From NCBI GenBank assembly GCA_047495785.1, contig JBLDXI010000031.1, forward strand, positions 992,001 through 1,056,000: DNA of 64,000 bases. Reading direction: 5' to 3'. Numbering within the stretch: position 1 is the first letter of the stretch; each line of letters opens with the position of its first letter. Under the pieces are notes generated by a model. The model was not told the origin of the DNA. It did not search any database and saw nothing but the letters and a program-made list of their open reading frames with translations. The translations under genes were made by a program, and so were the position numbers. This document shows, piece by piece, positions 13,668-27,100 of this stretch. Source of the DNA: Lepidodermella squamata. Its lineage: Eukaryota; Animalia; Gastrotricha.

Positions 13668-14745
13668 CCCTACATAACAAATATACACTTCAAAATGTTG
13701 AAAAATTTCATCAGGTATATTCCCATATACCATGACATAAGAACGTCTACAAAATTGACGTTTTATGGAAAATTCAGTATTATCACCCAGTACATGTCTC
13801 AATTACTGCAATTTAGCCTGAATGTCACCGCTTTTCAATCTTAATATTATCAGCTCTCTTGTATGCTAAAAATAAAAGGTTTTCTGAAGAATTTTTCGAA
13901 AAAATATACACCTCAAAATAAAAAATATATAGTCTATCTTCAAAATATATACCACGCGAAGATGACATCTCGGATGACCCGGACAACAACTCGGATTGAT
14001 GTTGGGCTGCAACTCAGTCATGACGTATTTCCACTCTGTACAATGCGTGATACAAGACCTGACTGATTTTGCAGTCGATATATCGTCAGCGAAAGACTAC
14101 TCCGAAACACATCGAACTCGGACGGCCAAGCTTACATTCAACAAGAACGCCGGCAAGGGTCGCGTACGAATGTGCGACACTCTCAGACGCCACCATGTCG
14201 TCGACTTGGCACGCGAGGTCCTAGGCGGCACTTGGGCTCCATGGCTGTTGATTGCAACGCTTTGGTTCTTGCTTGTTTTAGCTACTGGGTCACGCGTTGC
14301 TAAAGAAATGTTGAGTCTGCAATGGGACGATGTCTCGTTGATCAAGTACGAAGAAGTTGTGAATGGCAAACTGGTGCAACAAGAATATCTTGAACACAGA
14401 ATTCGGTCTCGCAAGAACGATTCCGGAAAAAAAAGCCGTCAAAAAGTCGTCTCGCGGTCAAAGAAGGTACCACTCGCCTCTTTTTCGACGCAGACGATTC
14501 GACGATTCGACGCAGTAAGATGATGTCTACAATGTGATATTATATTGCTTAATTTGAGACCGAAATATAAATACAAGTGAATGGATATCAAGTTCATATC
14601 AAATGTTTCAATAATTTGGAAATTTTCATTTTTGAAATATAAAAACATGAAAAATCGGGACTGATAAAGTCAAAATTTAGTGAAAATATTTCCATATACC
14701 GTAACATAGCAATTTTTAAAATTAATATTTCGGTGACTGAGGAGT
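13668..14745 (+). mobile_element. 1.1-kb insertion with tyrosine-recombinase (DIRS/Crypton-like) fragment
   Basis: LATGSRVAKEMLSLQWDDV...RIRSRKND (about 14270-14420) is YR box I plus the catalytic Lys region. Absent from unit 1; flanked by imperfect direct repeat AGTATAC/AGAATAC. Confidence 0.7.
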
Positions 14746-15111
14746 AGAATACACGCGATATATTATAGGTTAATCGAATGATAAAATAAATATGCTCACA
14801 GTCAAATTAGGATGAATTTTATCACGGGTTATAACGTGTCGAATATTCATTTGTTTCATCATCATGTGCAAGCAACTTGAATAAATAATTTTGCAGAATA
14901 AAGGCAGTTATCAATAATTATTTTGGTTTATCCTGGTCCGGTAAAGCGGCGAGCAAAAATAGAGCAGAACTTTATATCACCATAATAGAAAAATCAAGCA
15001 AGAAAAATCGATCAAAATTCAGGATTTTACAGCAATTAAGAAAAATCACAACAAGTCAATTAAATCGGGTCAAATAATTATGGTCAAAATCGTCCTTAAA
15101 GCGGTCAACAT

Positions 15112-18100
15112 TTAATTGCCAGTGGGCCAAAATTTCACCAAGTACTTGATGACAATTTGCTTCGAATCTTTGACAATGTACTCGGCGTAAGCGTTGTAGC
15201 TGCGACGGCCGCTGTTCGGCGCCTGCGCAACCCGACCACCGTACGGAAGTTTCACATCACCAGGCAAAATTCCGCAGTAACGCTGGTCGGGAACTTCACT
15301 GCTAGACGCGACGATCGTATTGCAGTCTTCAACAGTCGGCGAATATTGCCAATATTGCAAGCAAAATCCAGAGTTGTCATTCAATGCAGTTTTACCCAGG
15401 GCGACGTCGCAAATCAGCATGTATGACGGCTTGCTGCTATTATTATCGCAATAAGCAACACTTTTCGCAAAAGCATCCGCAAAATAAATGCCATCGCCGT
15501 GAATTTGCCCGGTATGTTGAATGCCCTCAGGGCTTGACTGCAGGCCAGCACTCAAGATTCCGAGTAGATTTTGCAATTTCGTCCCGTGGAACAGCAACTT
15601 TCGATTGCCCAATTTCAATTTCTGCTGCTGCTCGATTTCCTTCGGCCGATCCAGCTTATAAATTGCCTCGACAAAGCCCTTTGGATTCTTTTGGACCCAG
15701 CCCGCGGAAATGTACCGCAGAATATTTTGACCCTCATCCGATTGATGATCCAACAATTTCACGCCCATTCCGATTGAATTTACGATATAATCGCAAGGGT
15801 TGCGATTTTTCGCCTGTTCAGCCGCGAGAAGAAGTCGCGTCCCGGCTTGTAAATTCAGCATAACGTCAATCTTCTTCAATTCATTGTTAATTTCATGCGT
15901 TTGCGCCAGCGGGTAGATTTCACAGTACGCAAAACCAGGACGAGGCACAATGTGGAAATACTCTTCGGATAATCGAGCGATTTTTTCGTGAATTTCCAGC
16001 GCTGAACCCGCATTTTTATCGCGAACTTTGCTGTCACGAGTCGTCACGACTTCGTGCAGTTCCTTCAAAATTCGCTGGGCATCGTTCAACGCCTTCGGGG
16101 CGATCAGGCCAAATGGCGTCAAATACACGTTGCTAAGGCGCCGGAAAATCTCGCCGCTGTTGATGCCATTCAACGCCTCTCCAACAATACATTTCACGAG
16201 TTCGTACTCATTTTTCGGCAAACTCGTCGGTTTGTCTTCGAATTTCAAATCGATTTTCACCGACGTCAGCTGGCTGAATTTATCCGGCCTGTCCAGGGTG
16301 ACTAGACGGTATTTTCGGGGCAGGACCTTAAACCCGTCCTTCGCCATTTTTTTCCAGTCATTCCCAGATTTTTGCTTGAAAATTTTGCAAAACTCCATCT
16401 CGGCCTCGGTGAACAGCTTGAACGGCGTTTGTTGGTACATGCCCTCGGTACCAATTCGGCCCCAACGCGTGAAAACCACGTATAGCCCGGTGTTTTTCAT
16501 TTGAATCAACTGCAACTGGTAGAAATTGTACTCGGTCCAGCCGTTCGCGTGAAGGTCGACCTTAGTCATCAAGGCATCATACGGTCGTTTCGTATCCACT
16601 TCAACAACGATTTTGCTGAAGGCGTGCGATGCGAAATTTTTATTTGGAACTAGTTCCTGTTCCGGGTCTGGTTTCTCGCGCTTCCGCTTCTCATCGGCTA
16701 TCTTCTCCATTTTCGCCATCCAGTCCTCCGAAACTTGTTCAACCTCGTGTTCGAGGGCTCGGGTAGCCTTCGACACGCTCGACTGGCTTCGCCCGAATTT
16801 CGGATCTTCAACCAGCTCCTGTGCGGTTTTTCCGGATTTATTCTTCATCGAAACGAGTTTCGGTTCCATTTTCGCCAGGCAACGAGCCATGAAGCGACTT
16901 TCGATCGAATTGCGATACGGGCTGATTGCGACGGCGAGGTGGTAGGCCGTATTTCCTGACGAGTTCAACGCGGCAAGCAGGTCAACTTTTCGGTCGTTAG
17001 TCGTTTCTTCAATGTGGTCCAGGACTGAATAGTCGATCTCGCAGCTTCGATTCGTACGCAGCGGGAGTTGGATGTAGTTAAATGAGAAGTTTTTCGGCAG
17101 CAGGTAATGAAGTTTCGCATCCGGGGCTTTTTTTACCGAGGATTGTTTCTCGGTCAGCGCAGGCGGAGTAGCTTTTTTCGGGCGGTTCGAAACTTCGTCT
17201 TCATCTTCATCTCCAGCTCCACTATCGCTGTTGGATGAATTGTCATCATCTAAAGAAAGAAAAATACCATTAAAAAAGTCTTAAAGTTTGATTTTTGAGC
17301 TTGAAAGCTTGAACTGAAAAATTAGAAAGCCTTATCTATCTATTCACCATTTTGAACATGACTGCCAGCCTTGTTCAGTGAAGTTGGCTTTTTTGGGCGG
17401 TTCCATAGCGGTACCATTTCTTCATCATCATCGCTGCTGGATGAATCTACAAGGGAAATTATAGCTACAATATTTGTAACCCCACGGCAAAATTTAGAAA
17501 GCCCCATCTTGGAATATAACCGTCAATTTTCGAAAACTGCGGGTAATTTCATCCACTTTTGAGCACATGGCAAAGAATGAACTTATTTGTAAAATTCTAC
17601 CTAAAATGGAGACAACCGACAAAGTTAAATACCGTGTTGGTATACTAAAATGACTATTGGCATCGGAACATGTTGGGTCGACCTTAGCGTTTTCCTCTAG
17701 TTGGACATCGGGAATAATTTTGATCTCACAATCCTTTTCGCCGGGTTTTTTTTCACTATTTTCATGTTTCTATGTAGTTTTATTTTTCATATCTACCGCC
17801 ATATTCTTACTGTTGGTTTTCTTTTTTCGGCGACCAAGTTCCATCTAATTCGGATTTTACGGTTCATGAAATTGCATAAGTAGCAGCTCCTCATTAATTT
17901 TGGGAATATAAGGATGTTGTTGAATTTCAATTAAATTTTAATTTTTTTTACCTTCTTCATCCTCGTCTTCGGCTGGCTCCGGTTGATTGAATAAACTGCC
18001 GGCTTGGAAGGTCGACAAGACAGTTCCAGTTCCAGCACCAGCAGCAGCATTACGCAGCCGACCTTCCCGCTGTTCCTTTTCCTTCTGAATGAATGTCTCC

Positions 18101-21100
18101 AGCTCTCTCGGCGTCATATGATAGCCAGCCTCGTTGAATGGCAGCAAGAATCGCAGAACCAGCCGCTCGTGGAATTTGACATCATGCACATCGTACTTCT
18201 CATCGACAACCGTGCGGCTGAGCAGCGAAATGAAACATTCGGGCGAATTCGCGATAACAGCCGCCATAATCGGGGTCAGCCCATCCGCGCCCTTCACGTT
18301 GACCAAAGTGCCGACTTTGAGTAGGGTCCACACCAGTTGGTACTGGCAACTTTCGACCGCTCGAATCAGGCAAGTCGATGCCGTTGAATCCGGGTATTTT
18401 TCGAAGTAGTTGGCGCGTATGAATGTCCAGTTTGCGGTAGCGGGCGATGCAGCGTGCTTCATTGGCGCAAAATTGACAACCGCATTGTTTTCGTCTTTCT
18501 CAGCCACGAACGGAAAGAGTTCGCTAAAATTGAGAATAAAAAATTATTTCATCATAGCAAACTATTATCGCGGTCATGAGAATCTTTCTTCAACTCGAGT
18601 TTACAAGGCAAGAAAATCGATTTCTGTCGAACTTTTTTGATCATCTTTCGTTTGAGACCTATGCTTCACTTTCGTGCAGGCCTGCCTAAAACCATCTACA
18701 GTACTGGAAAACACAAACGGCGACATAGGATTTTCAATGACTTCGAGAAACTAGCGGATTTGGAACGCGACCATGGCAGGGTTCCAGTAGTAGGAGTGAC
18801 ATTCCAGATTCACGTGTCTGACGGTTCAAAAATCAAGCAGTACTCGAAGTCCACAGGAAATGTCCCATCGAGCTGGGAGCGTGCCGAAAAGTTGGTGGAT
18901 ATGAAAAAAGCTTTATGGAAAGTAGTTCGGCTATAAGCGAAGATATTCAACAGAGGTGTTTAGGAAATCGCTCATCGGGCTGACTTCAAACGACTGATCG
19001 ATCAGCAAACCCTTAAAATGGAGCGATTTTCGCTGTTTGCTGATGCCTTTACCTACTATTGTCCTACTATTTCAACGCTTCTAACGGTTCGCATTCGTTT
19101 TCACAAGGCCAGCTCGCCATGTCAATTTCGATGAGGTAAAAAGGACTAAAACCTACAAATTGGACGACACGAGGCTGGCAGTATCGTAGCTAGCGACAGC
19201 AAAGTTCATCTTCGCCGCGTCAGTAACGAAACGGCGAAAGCATCGCAAACTTGTAAAATGGTTGGCGGAAAATGGGTTCGACTCGGCCTTAAATGGCTGG
19301 TACGAGGGTTTTTCAGATTAGAGCGCGACAACAAATAGGTCAAGGTAAATGCAATACCGAAATCTGAGCATACATTCTATGCAACAGTTTCAGGAAACCA
19401 TTGCGAAAGACAATCTGCTGAGCTACTTATACAGGAATAATTCGATACCAGAAAGTCAGTTTGGATTCTTATCGCCTATTCATTCGAAAAATGCTTTGAA
19501 GGAGACTCGAATAGACTAATCAAATGGTTCAATGAGAAATGTTTGTCTGTAAACTCTAAAAAATGTGTTGTACTGAAAATGGGTAAGAAAGGCTTTCCAT
19601 TTCAATTCAACAACAGTGGTGTAGAAATTCAACTTTTCAACTCTATGGGAGCCCTCGGCATTGCTATAAACTAACATTCTCAGAACATTGCCAGTCTCTT
19701 CCAGCAAAATTTCATCGCATAAACGGCATTATCAGCAAATATGTCTTTTCTAAAAGCCCTCGCTATTGGACTTATGTCCAGCCGTATATTCGACTTTTTC
19801 GCCTTAAACTTCTCATTCAGGTTTCTACAAGACTTTTATGCGGCAATTTTCGGTGAACCAACTCTAGGAGTGTATGCAAATTTATATCTTTTAAAAATAA
19901 AAGCTTACATGATGCGATATGCAGCTGTTTGGTTGGTCAAATTCCAGAAAAGCGCATGAACAGGGCTGCGGCCGAAATTATCCGACGCTTTCTTCACATT
20001 CCCCTTCGACTCTTTGACGAAAAATTGCACGAGGACTTTGTGTTGGTTCAAACAGGCGTAGTGCAGCGGAATGCAGCCGTAGCTATCCTTCGCGCTGATG
20101 TCACAGCCAAGGCTCTGCAACTCTCTCCCGACTTTCAGAACCTAATAATCCATGAAAATAATAAAAATAATCAATCAGTCAATATTGGCAAAGATATCGA
20201 ATTAATCGATTAAAAATTCGATTGAATTATTCGATTCAAAAATACGAGAAATATCAATAATTTTGATTTAAATTTTGATCTATTTCATCTATTTGCTATT
20301 TGATTCAATTTTTATACTTAATATATTTATTTCATTTTCAAATTTTCAAATTTCAAATTTTAAGATTTTTAGGAAATTTCCCCAAGTAGTATCCCTCGTC
20401 AAATTGAAAAGGAGATGTGAAAGAGTTAAAACGTACCAAATCTTCATTCTTAGCCGAATTGACCGTTGCTCCAAGAGCAAATAGATGAAATAGATTGCGG
20501 CCATTCGCGTCATTTTTCGCCTTGATGCGCTGCTTCAAATCCGATTTCAGCTTAGCCCGATCGATCAAACTCAACGCCAAATTGTACGTCGCAACGCCAA
20601 GGGACGAGGCAATCAAATCGAACAGAACCATCTGATCTTTATCCATAAGAATATCGATCAACAACGACGTCAATCCCTGCCATTGCAGCTTGATAACAGC
20701 TGAAAATAGGTCAATACGAGCTGGGTGGCCCAATTTAGCAGCTCGCCTCGCTAATCTCTCATTTTCCCACTCAATAGCAGGTTTTTTCTCGACACCATCT
20801 GAACTGCTATCATCCTCGTAATTAGCGACAGTGACTTTGCTCAAATCAGGCTTTGACTGGACTAGGACTAACACAACCGATTTCCTCGCGTTTTTAATCG
20901 CCAGGGACAACGGGGTGTCACCATTTTTGTCTACGGCATCAATTGAAGCGCCACGGGATAGGAGTCGCAGGCAGCAAATCGCAGCGCCACAAGCCGCGGC
21001 GTAGTGAAGCGGGGTGCGGCCAATCGCGTCTCGCACATCGACACTCTGTTTCGCGGTCAAAGTCGCTAGCAACATATTCGTCAAATCAACAGGGTCAGTC

Positions 21101-24100
21101 TGCTCCGAAATCATCTTAGGCTCGTCTTTCGTGTTTGCAACGGTCAAGTACAGCCAATGCAGCGCAGTCCGCCCCTTGTTATCAACTACCGAATGGCAAT
21201 TTGCGCCTCGGAAAATCAGGAATTGCTCGATGTGATTAGCTGAATCAACGTGGCGTTTATTCGTTCCGATAGATAACATTAGCAACGAACGGCCGAGATT
21301 GTTCTGATAATTCACGTCGAACGCTCCCATCGAGTTCACGGCTAAAGCTTCGAGGCATTTCAAACGCTCATCAACGCTCAAATCACCGAGAGCGCAAATC
21401 AACCCGCCAATCGAATCGTTCGTTTCAGGGACTTTCGACTCCAAATTTATGGCGTTTTCAATCAAAATTTTGACAATTTCAAGCTTTTTATTCAAAGCCG
21501 CCAGTAATAGTGGCGTTAGAATTGGCGCCTTTTTCGAGCAAATATTGAAATCTGCCCCGAATCTAATAAGGAATTTCAGGACATCAGCCGACCCGTTAGC
21601 TGCAGCGGTGAAGGCTGACGTGTACCCGTTCGAATCGTACAAATTGAAATCTGGGGTGAATTTCGTCAAGAAATCAAGAGCTGGCGGCGCGTATCGAGGG
21701 AACAACAAGTTATGCGCAAACGTTGTGTGGTTGTCGTTATCGTTGCTCGACGCATCTTCTTCTTCGCTAGACTGGTCGTTGTCACTTGCAACTGCTTCGC
21801 TCCCTCCATCGTCCTCCTCAACCTCCTCTACCTCCTCTACCTCCGGCGGCTCTTCATCTACAACCATACCGTCAGCTGTCGACGTTACAGTCGATACACT
21901 CGACCGTCTCTTCGCGACTCGGTTCTCTAAATCGTAAACTGAATCCGCCTTAATGTCACTGCCGAAGTCCACAATTAAACGGCGCATAAATTCCGGACCC
22001 TTAGCTACCCAATCCTTGTATTCCTTGGTTTCTTTACCGTGACTGCACGAGGTGGACGCATAGGCAGAACTCGCGACTATCAGCGGCGTCTCGCCAGCTG
22101 CATTTCGAGCCTTCACCATCGCTCGAAGTGTATTCTTATCAATCTTCTTCTTCAGCTGGTCAAGAATCGCGCCCTGGTCTCTGTGCATGCAATTTTTCGC
22201 CAAAATGTGGAGCGAATTCGACCGATCAGCCGGGTCAGGTTTCGTACTTAACTTGCCGCCGTGATTCAGCAGGAATTCAACCAAGCCAGAGTGGCTATTT
22301 TCAATTGCGACATTGACCGGTGTTCGATTACTCGCCGCCTCCGCGCTGGGCGAGCAGCCGTGATCAACGAGCAATTTCGCCATATCAAGGCGGATTTTTT
22401 GATATTCTTCATACTGGGCGGCGGAACTCGAAGCTTGGGTCGACGCCAAGAAATGAAGGGCATTACACCCGTAAATGTCGACAACCGAACAATCAGCCTT
22501 CATTTGAACGACTAGAAATTCGAGTTGGTCGTACAAGCGCTGGGTGACCGGAGCTTGGCATGTCAAAATAACCAGAGTTCGGCCGTTTTTATCCCGGAAA
22601 TTAACATCAGCCCCGGGGCGTTTCAGCATCTCCCGGGTTATACCGATGTGGCCCTTGAGGAATGAAACCGCTAACGGGGTTACGTTCCAATCGTTTTCTA
22701 CGCTAAGATCAGCCCCGGCTGTAATCAACAGGTTGAGGCAGTCCAGCCAGCCGTAAGCCGCCGCGTAATGAGCCGCCCGATTCCCGGACGTATCAGCCGG
22801 GTTCGGGTCGGAGCCTTTCCGCAGCAAATACGCAGTTATATGGGTGTGGCCATTCTTCACCGCGAAAATCAACGCATTTCGACTTTTCCGGTCTTTCCGC
22901 TCAATCAGCGCCCCGCATTCTTCAATCAAGTATTTCACAATCTTGAAATGACCGCGTTGGGATGCGACCATCAAGGCAGTCTTTTTCTCACTTCCCGACG
23001 CGAAATCGACATCAGCCCCGGCTTTCGCGAGTAGCTTCACAATTTCGAAATGGCCGTTCCAAACTGCGTGATGTAAGGCGGTTTTCCCGTCTCGACCAGC
23101 TTTATTAATAGCGCAGGGGCCGTATTTTGAAATTATAGCCGTCGAAGCTAGGACGGGTTTCTTTTTGCCACCTTCCCCGTCTTCGTCTTCATCGTCTTCA
23201 AATTCTTCGTCATCGCTGTCCTCATCTTCTCTCGTCTTCTCATCGGATTCGTGCTCTTCTTCCCCGTCGTTCTTCTCCGCATCTTTATCCTTGTCCTTTG
23301 CAGCCTGTTGAAGCAGAAGGTCGACGTTGGCAGTTCGACCAGTCATCGCCGCGTAAATCAGCGGTGTTTGCCCGTTCGAGTCGGGTTCAATGTAGGGAAC
23401 ACCGGCTTGCAGTAGGACTTTCAACGGGCCAGTCGATTCGCAGACGGCAGCGAAGTGAATCGGACGCCGGCCGCGTTTATCTGTGATGTTGTAGTCGGGC
23501 GAAACGCCGAGGAATGTTTTCAGGAAATTCGCGTTCGGGTTGATTGCGGCGCAGTGCAGCGGCGAGATGTTCATCGTTCGCATGGTTTTCTTAGTGACAG
23601 ATGCAGCTCGGATATTTCCAAGTTTTTGTACGCTAAAAATGCAAACACAATTAGACAAAATCAATAGAATGCTCAATTGTGAGAGTTCAATGAATTCTTA
23701 CACAATTTTAGCCCTACTTAAAATGAAGTCAGATAGAGATTTTTACGCTGAAAGTGAAAACGAGGAGCCTATAATTTGGTAGCGGATTCTTTGATATAAC
23801 CGATGAAATAATTGCATTTTGCTCGTAAGACAGTTCAACGCCTTAATTTGGTGCATTGATTTTGAATTCGAATTTCTTTCGACTTGATTTGATATAAAAA
23901 TTGCTTATTCGCAGCGAAAAATAGGGAATGAATAATAATGAATTTCCTTTACTTATGATTATCAATTCACGCGTATCGTCCAAGTAGCCCCATCCCATCG
24001 ATCAAGCCTCGGCCCGTGAACGATGCAAGTCGCTGAAGGCTTACTTTGGCCCACCCTCGATCGCAAAGAAATATGCTTCCATGTGCCGCCTTTCTGCGAT

Positions 24101-27100
24101 TGCGATGGGGAGGGAAACCACCCTTGAAGCTATCATCCAGGAGTTTATGAATGCCGTCAAAGTTTACAGAGCTTCTGCTATTTCATTAAGACAGATATCG
24201 CAACTTCAAGAGGTAACAGGTGCGTTCAAGCTCGATGATTCTTTTGGTTCCCTCACCATCGCGAACTCAAACCCTGGTCCGCCCTACGAAGCCCGTCCCG
24301 AGAGCAAGAGGAAGCAAGAAAACAGCGATTTCCCCATCAAATCCTAGAATTCCCGAGTTTATTGAGAGAGTTAAACGCAGAAAGCTGTAGTTATTGGCTG
24401 AGGGTAATTCCAGCTTTCACTTTGCTTTCGATGAGATATTAAGATCATTCCCTGACTACGATTCCCTCATTTTTAAGCATCAAACAATCTGGTAAATGCT
24501 GGCATGACCTCATGACAAGTGGACAGTTGCGTTTTCATCGGTTACAACATCCGTCTTGTGATCTAAGTTTTAACAATCTTCCTATCGGAGGCAAACGCCG
24601 AATTTAAGCCTTCTTTGACAAATGTAAGAGTAATTAATTATACTAGATTAATAGAGGTATAAACAACAACAATCTCTCAATGCTTGTTATGACGCAGTCG
24701 AAAACCCGTGGCGGTGTCAACACCACTTTTCTACCGGATGGTGCCCCGTCAAACAAATTATCTGACTTGTTTCAGTCCGTCGAATTGCATCGGCTCTATG
24801 AACGCATCACTCAATCTGACAAAGGGATTCCTATGTTGATCAAAATGATGCCTAAAACGGATGAATATCTTCCCCGAGAAAAAGCCTCTGCTGCTCGGGT
24901 CATTTATTCATTGGACGTCGTTGCTCAGATGCTACAATCCAGCATCTTACACGGTCTTCTCTCCCGAGTGCCAACAATGAACCGTGTCAATTCAAAAGAC
25001 GCTGAAATGATTCTCGGAGTGAACAATGCTTCTATCGGCATGCTCAATACCTATGCAGCTGCAAAGGAGAAAGGATTTAACAACCGATCTACAGGCACAA
25101 GATATGTGCCATACCTTATTTACGGTTATGCTCCCTTTCCTTATGGCTTACAGCCAATTTGAATTACCTACGCGAGAGGAGTACAACATGATCAAGCGCA
25201 TAGCCTGTCTCTTTGCCAACCAGTACCTTATCTCACCCACTTGTATAGTCTGTCGACACGACCAACTGTGTTCAGGCTGTTTGGCTACTCACATAGCTAA
25301 CACCCTTCACGGGCTACTCACTGGTGATTATGCCGCTGCAAGGTTGGGTTTAATCCGCCTCATCGATTATATGAGTTTTTGTGGCGGAGACGACAACACT
25401 CTAATGAGCAAGAACTTCATAGTCCCGTCGGCCAAAGTGAAGAAAAAATATGGCGATAAAACGCCTCTTGAGCTTCTGCAACTGTTGTACAGAGAAGCTG
25501 GCGGTATTGCGCATCCGAAGAAAATGCGAATGACGGATTTGTCAATCGATGAACATGTTTCAATTTCCGATGGCGAGCTCCATTTCCAACCACCTGCTCA
25601 AATCTTTCCAGAAAAGCCAGATGATGAACCCGTTGTCTCCTTTGGTAAAATGACCATTTCAATATCTGTTGGTCAGTACCATTGGTCGAATCAACGGCTC
25701 GAATCCGTCTCTGGTGACTCTGCCATCCAAAAAGATGAGAGCAGCAAGAAACTTTATATATCTATTGGGAATGTCTCAAAGATCTTATTGTTGGCCTGCC
25801 AAGCCAAAGAACATCGTGTTGTTCAAACTTTTTGTTCAATTTCATCTGCTGTCCTAAGTGTTTACAAGTTCTTCTGGAGTATCGGCAATAGCTTCAACTC
25901 GGAAGTGACCGACCCAGAATTTTTGGATCAATTTGTCAAACTGCTCCGGACGAAGGATCGTATGGGTCAGCTACTTGTTGTCGTTTGCATTACCGTTTGT
26001 CTGCTTATCATCATGCGTTTATTCAAATTGCGTGGTGAAGTCTTCTACTGTCTATCGTTCATCATTATGTTGGCCGTTACACTGATTTTCAATGCTTGTT
26101 ATGACGTTTCCCAACTGTCACATTAATTATAATGATATCAATAGACAATAGACTATAAATACCAACCTACCATTGTAAGAAAGAGAGAGAGTTACTTTCC
26201 ATCCTAATTTAATATCAGAATAAAAGAAGTAGTGATATCCTAACCCGCTAGGAGTTTTGAACCCTCCCGAAGATCGTTACCAGTAGCGGGGAATCATCAT
26301 AAAACCCCCGTTACACAAAGGAGAAGTCGCCAATTTGTCTATTTTGAAAGGACTTGCTTGAGATGTGCTCCCCGATTTCGGTGAACCTTCCAATAAACCT
26401 TCCACTACGCACTAAACCATCTCTCTCATCAACATGATTTCATCTTCTTATTCGTGTTTATTTTACCACATTTTCTTTATACAATTAGCAGGCTTAACGC
26501 CTATTCGATCTAGTAATGCTAATTGTTTAGAATTATATGGTATTTTTGTGGATTTCAGATAAAGAGGGTAGAGTCTCTTAATGAAGCATAAATTAGCGGC
26601 CAAAATTACAGCCCATGATATTACAATAAATTTAAAACATCCATTTTTGAGGGAATAGATTTACTTGGCAAATACTTGGCAAAGTAGAACCCAAAATAAC
26701 TATTATTCAAAGACTTACTCTGTCTGAGTGAGAGCTCCAACATGCAGGTAGTTGAACGTATCAATAGCCGTTCGTTTTGCTTTGTTCATCAGTTTACCAG
26801 CAAGTTCCCAGTGGCCATGAATCATCACGTAGTCGATTTTCTGAAGCAACTCTTCGTAAATATCCGACGCATTACGCCGCCGGCCGTAATTCAACCGACC
26901 ATAACGGTTGACTGACACAGATGGCTCTTCCTCCTCATCCTCCTCATCATCACCATCCGCGTTGTTATAGACCTTGACAATCGATAGAGGAATGCGATGT
27001 TGCACAACCAGCTCAGCCAAATCAAATTCGTGATTTGAACCGTCATCGTCCTGGGTCAACGCATTCAACCCCTCGCGACCTCCGCGCGACATCAAAACGT

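Noticed and set aside
18637-18936. 99-aa ORF in PARP2 intron
   Set aside because: No ATG start and no recognisable motif; probably part of the intronic mosaic but unassignable, so not counted in the orientation tally.
25060-25100. Programmed ribosomal frameshift in the RdRp (GGATTTA)
   Set aside because: The needed shift is +1, while the heptamer would be a -1 site in the other frame. It falls inside the palm just before motif A, so a post-integration indel is more parsimonious.
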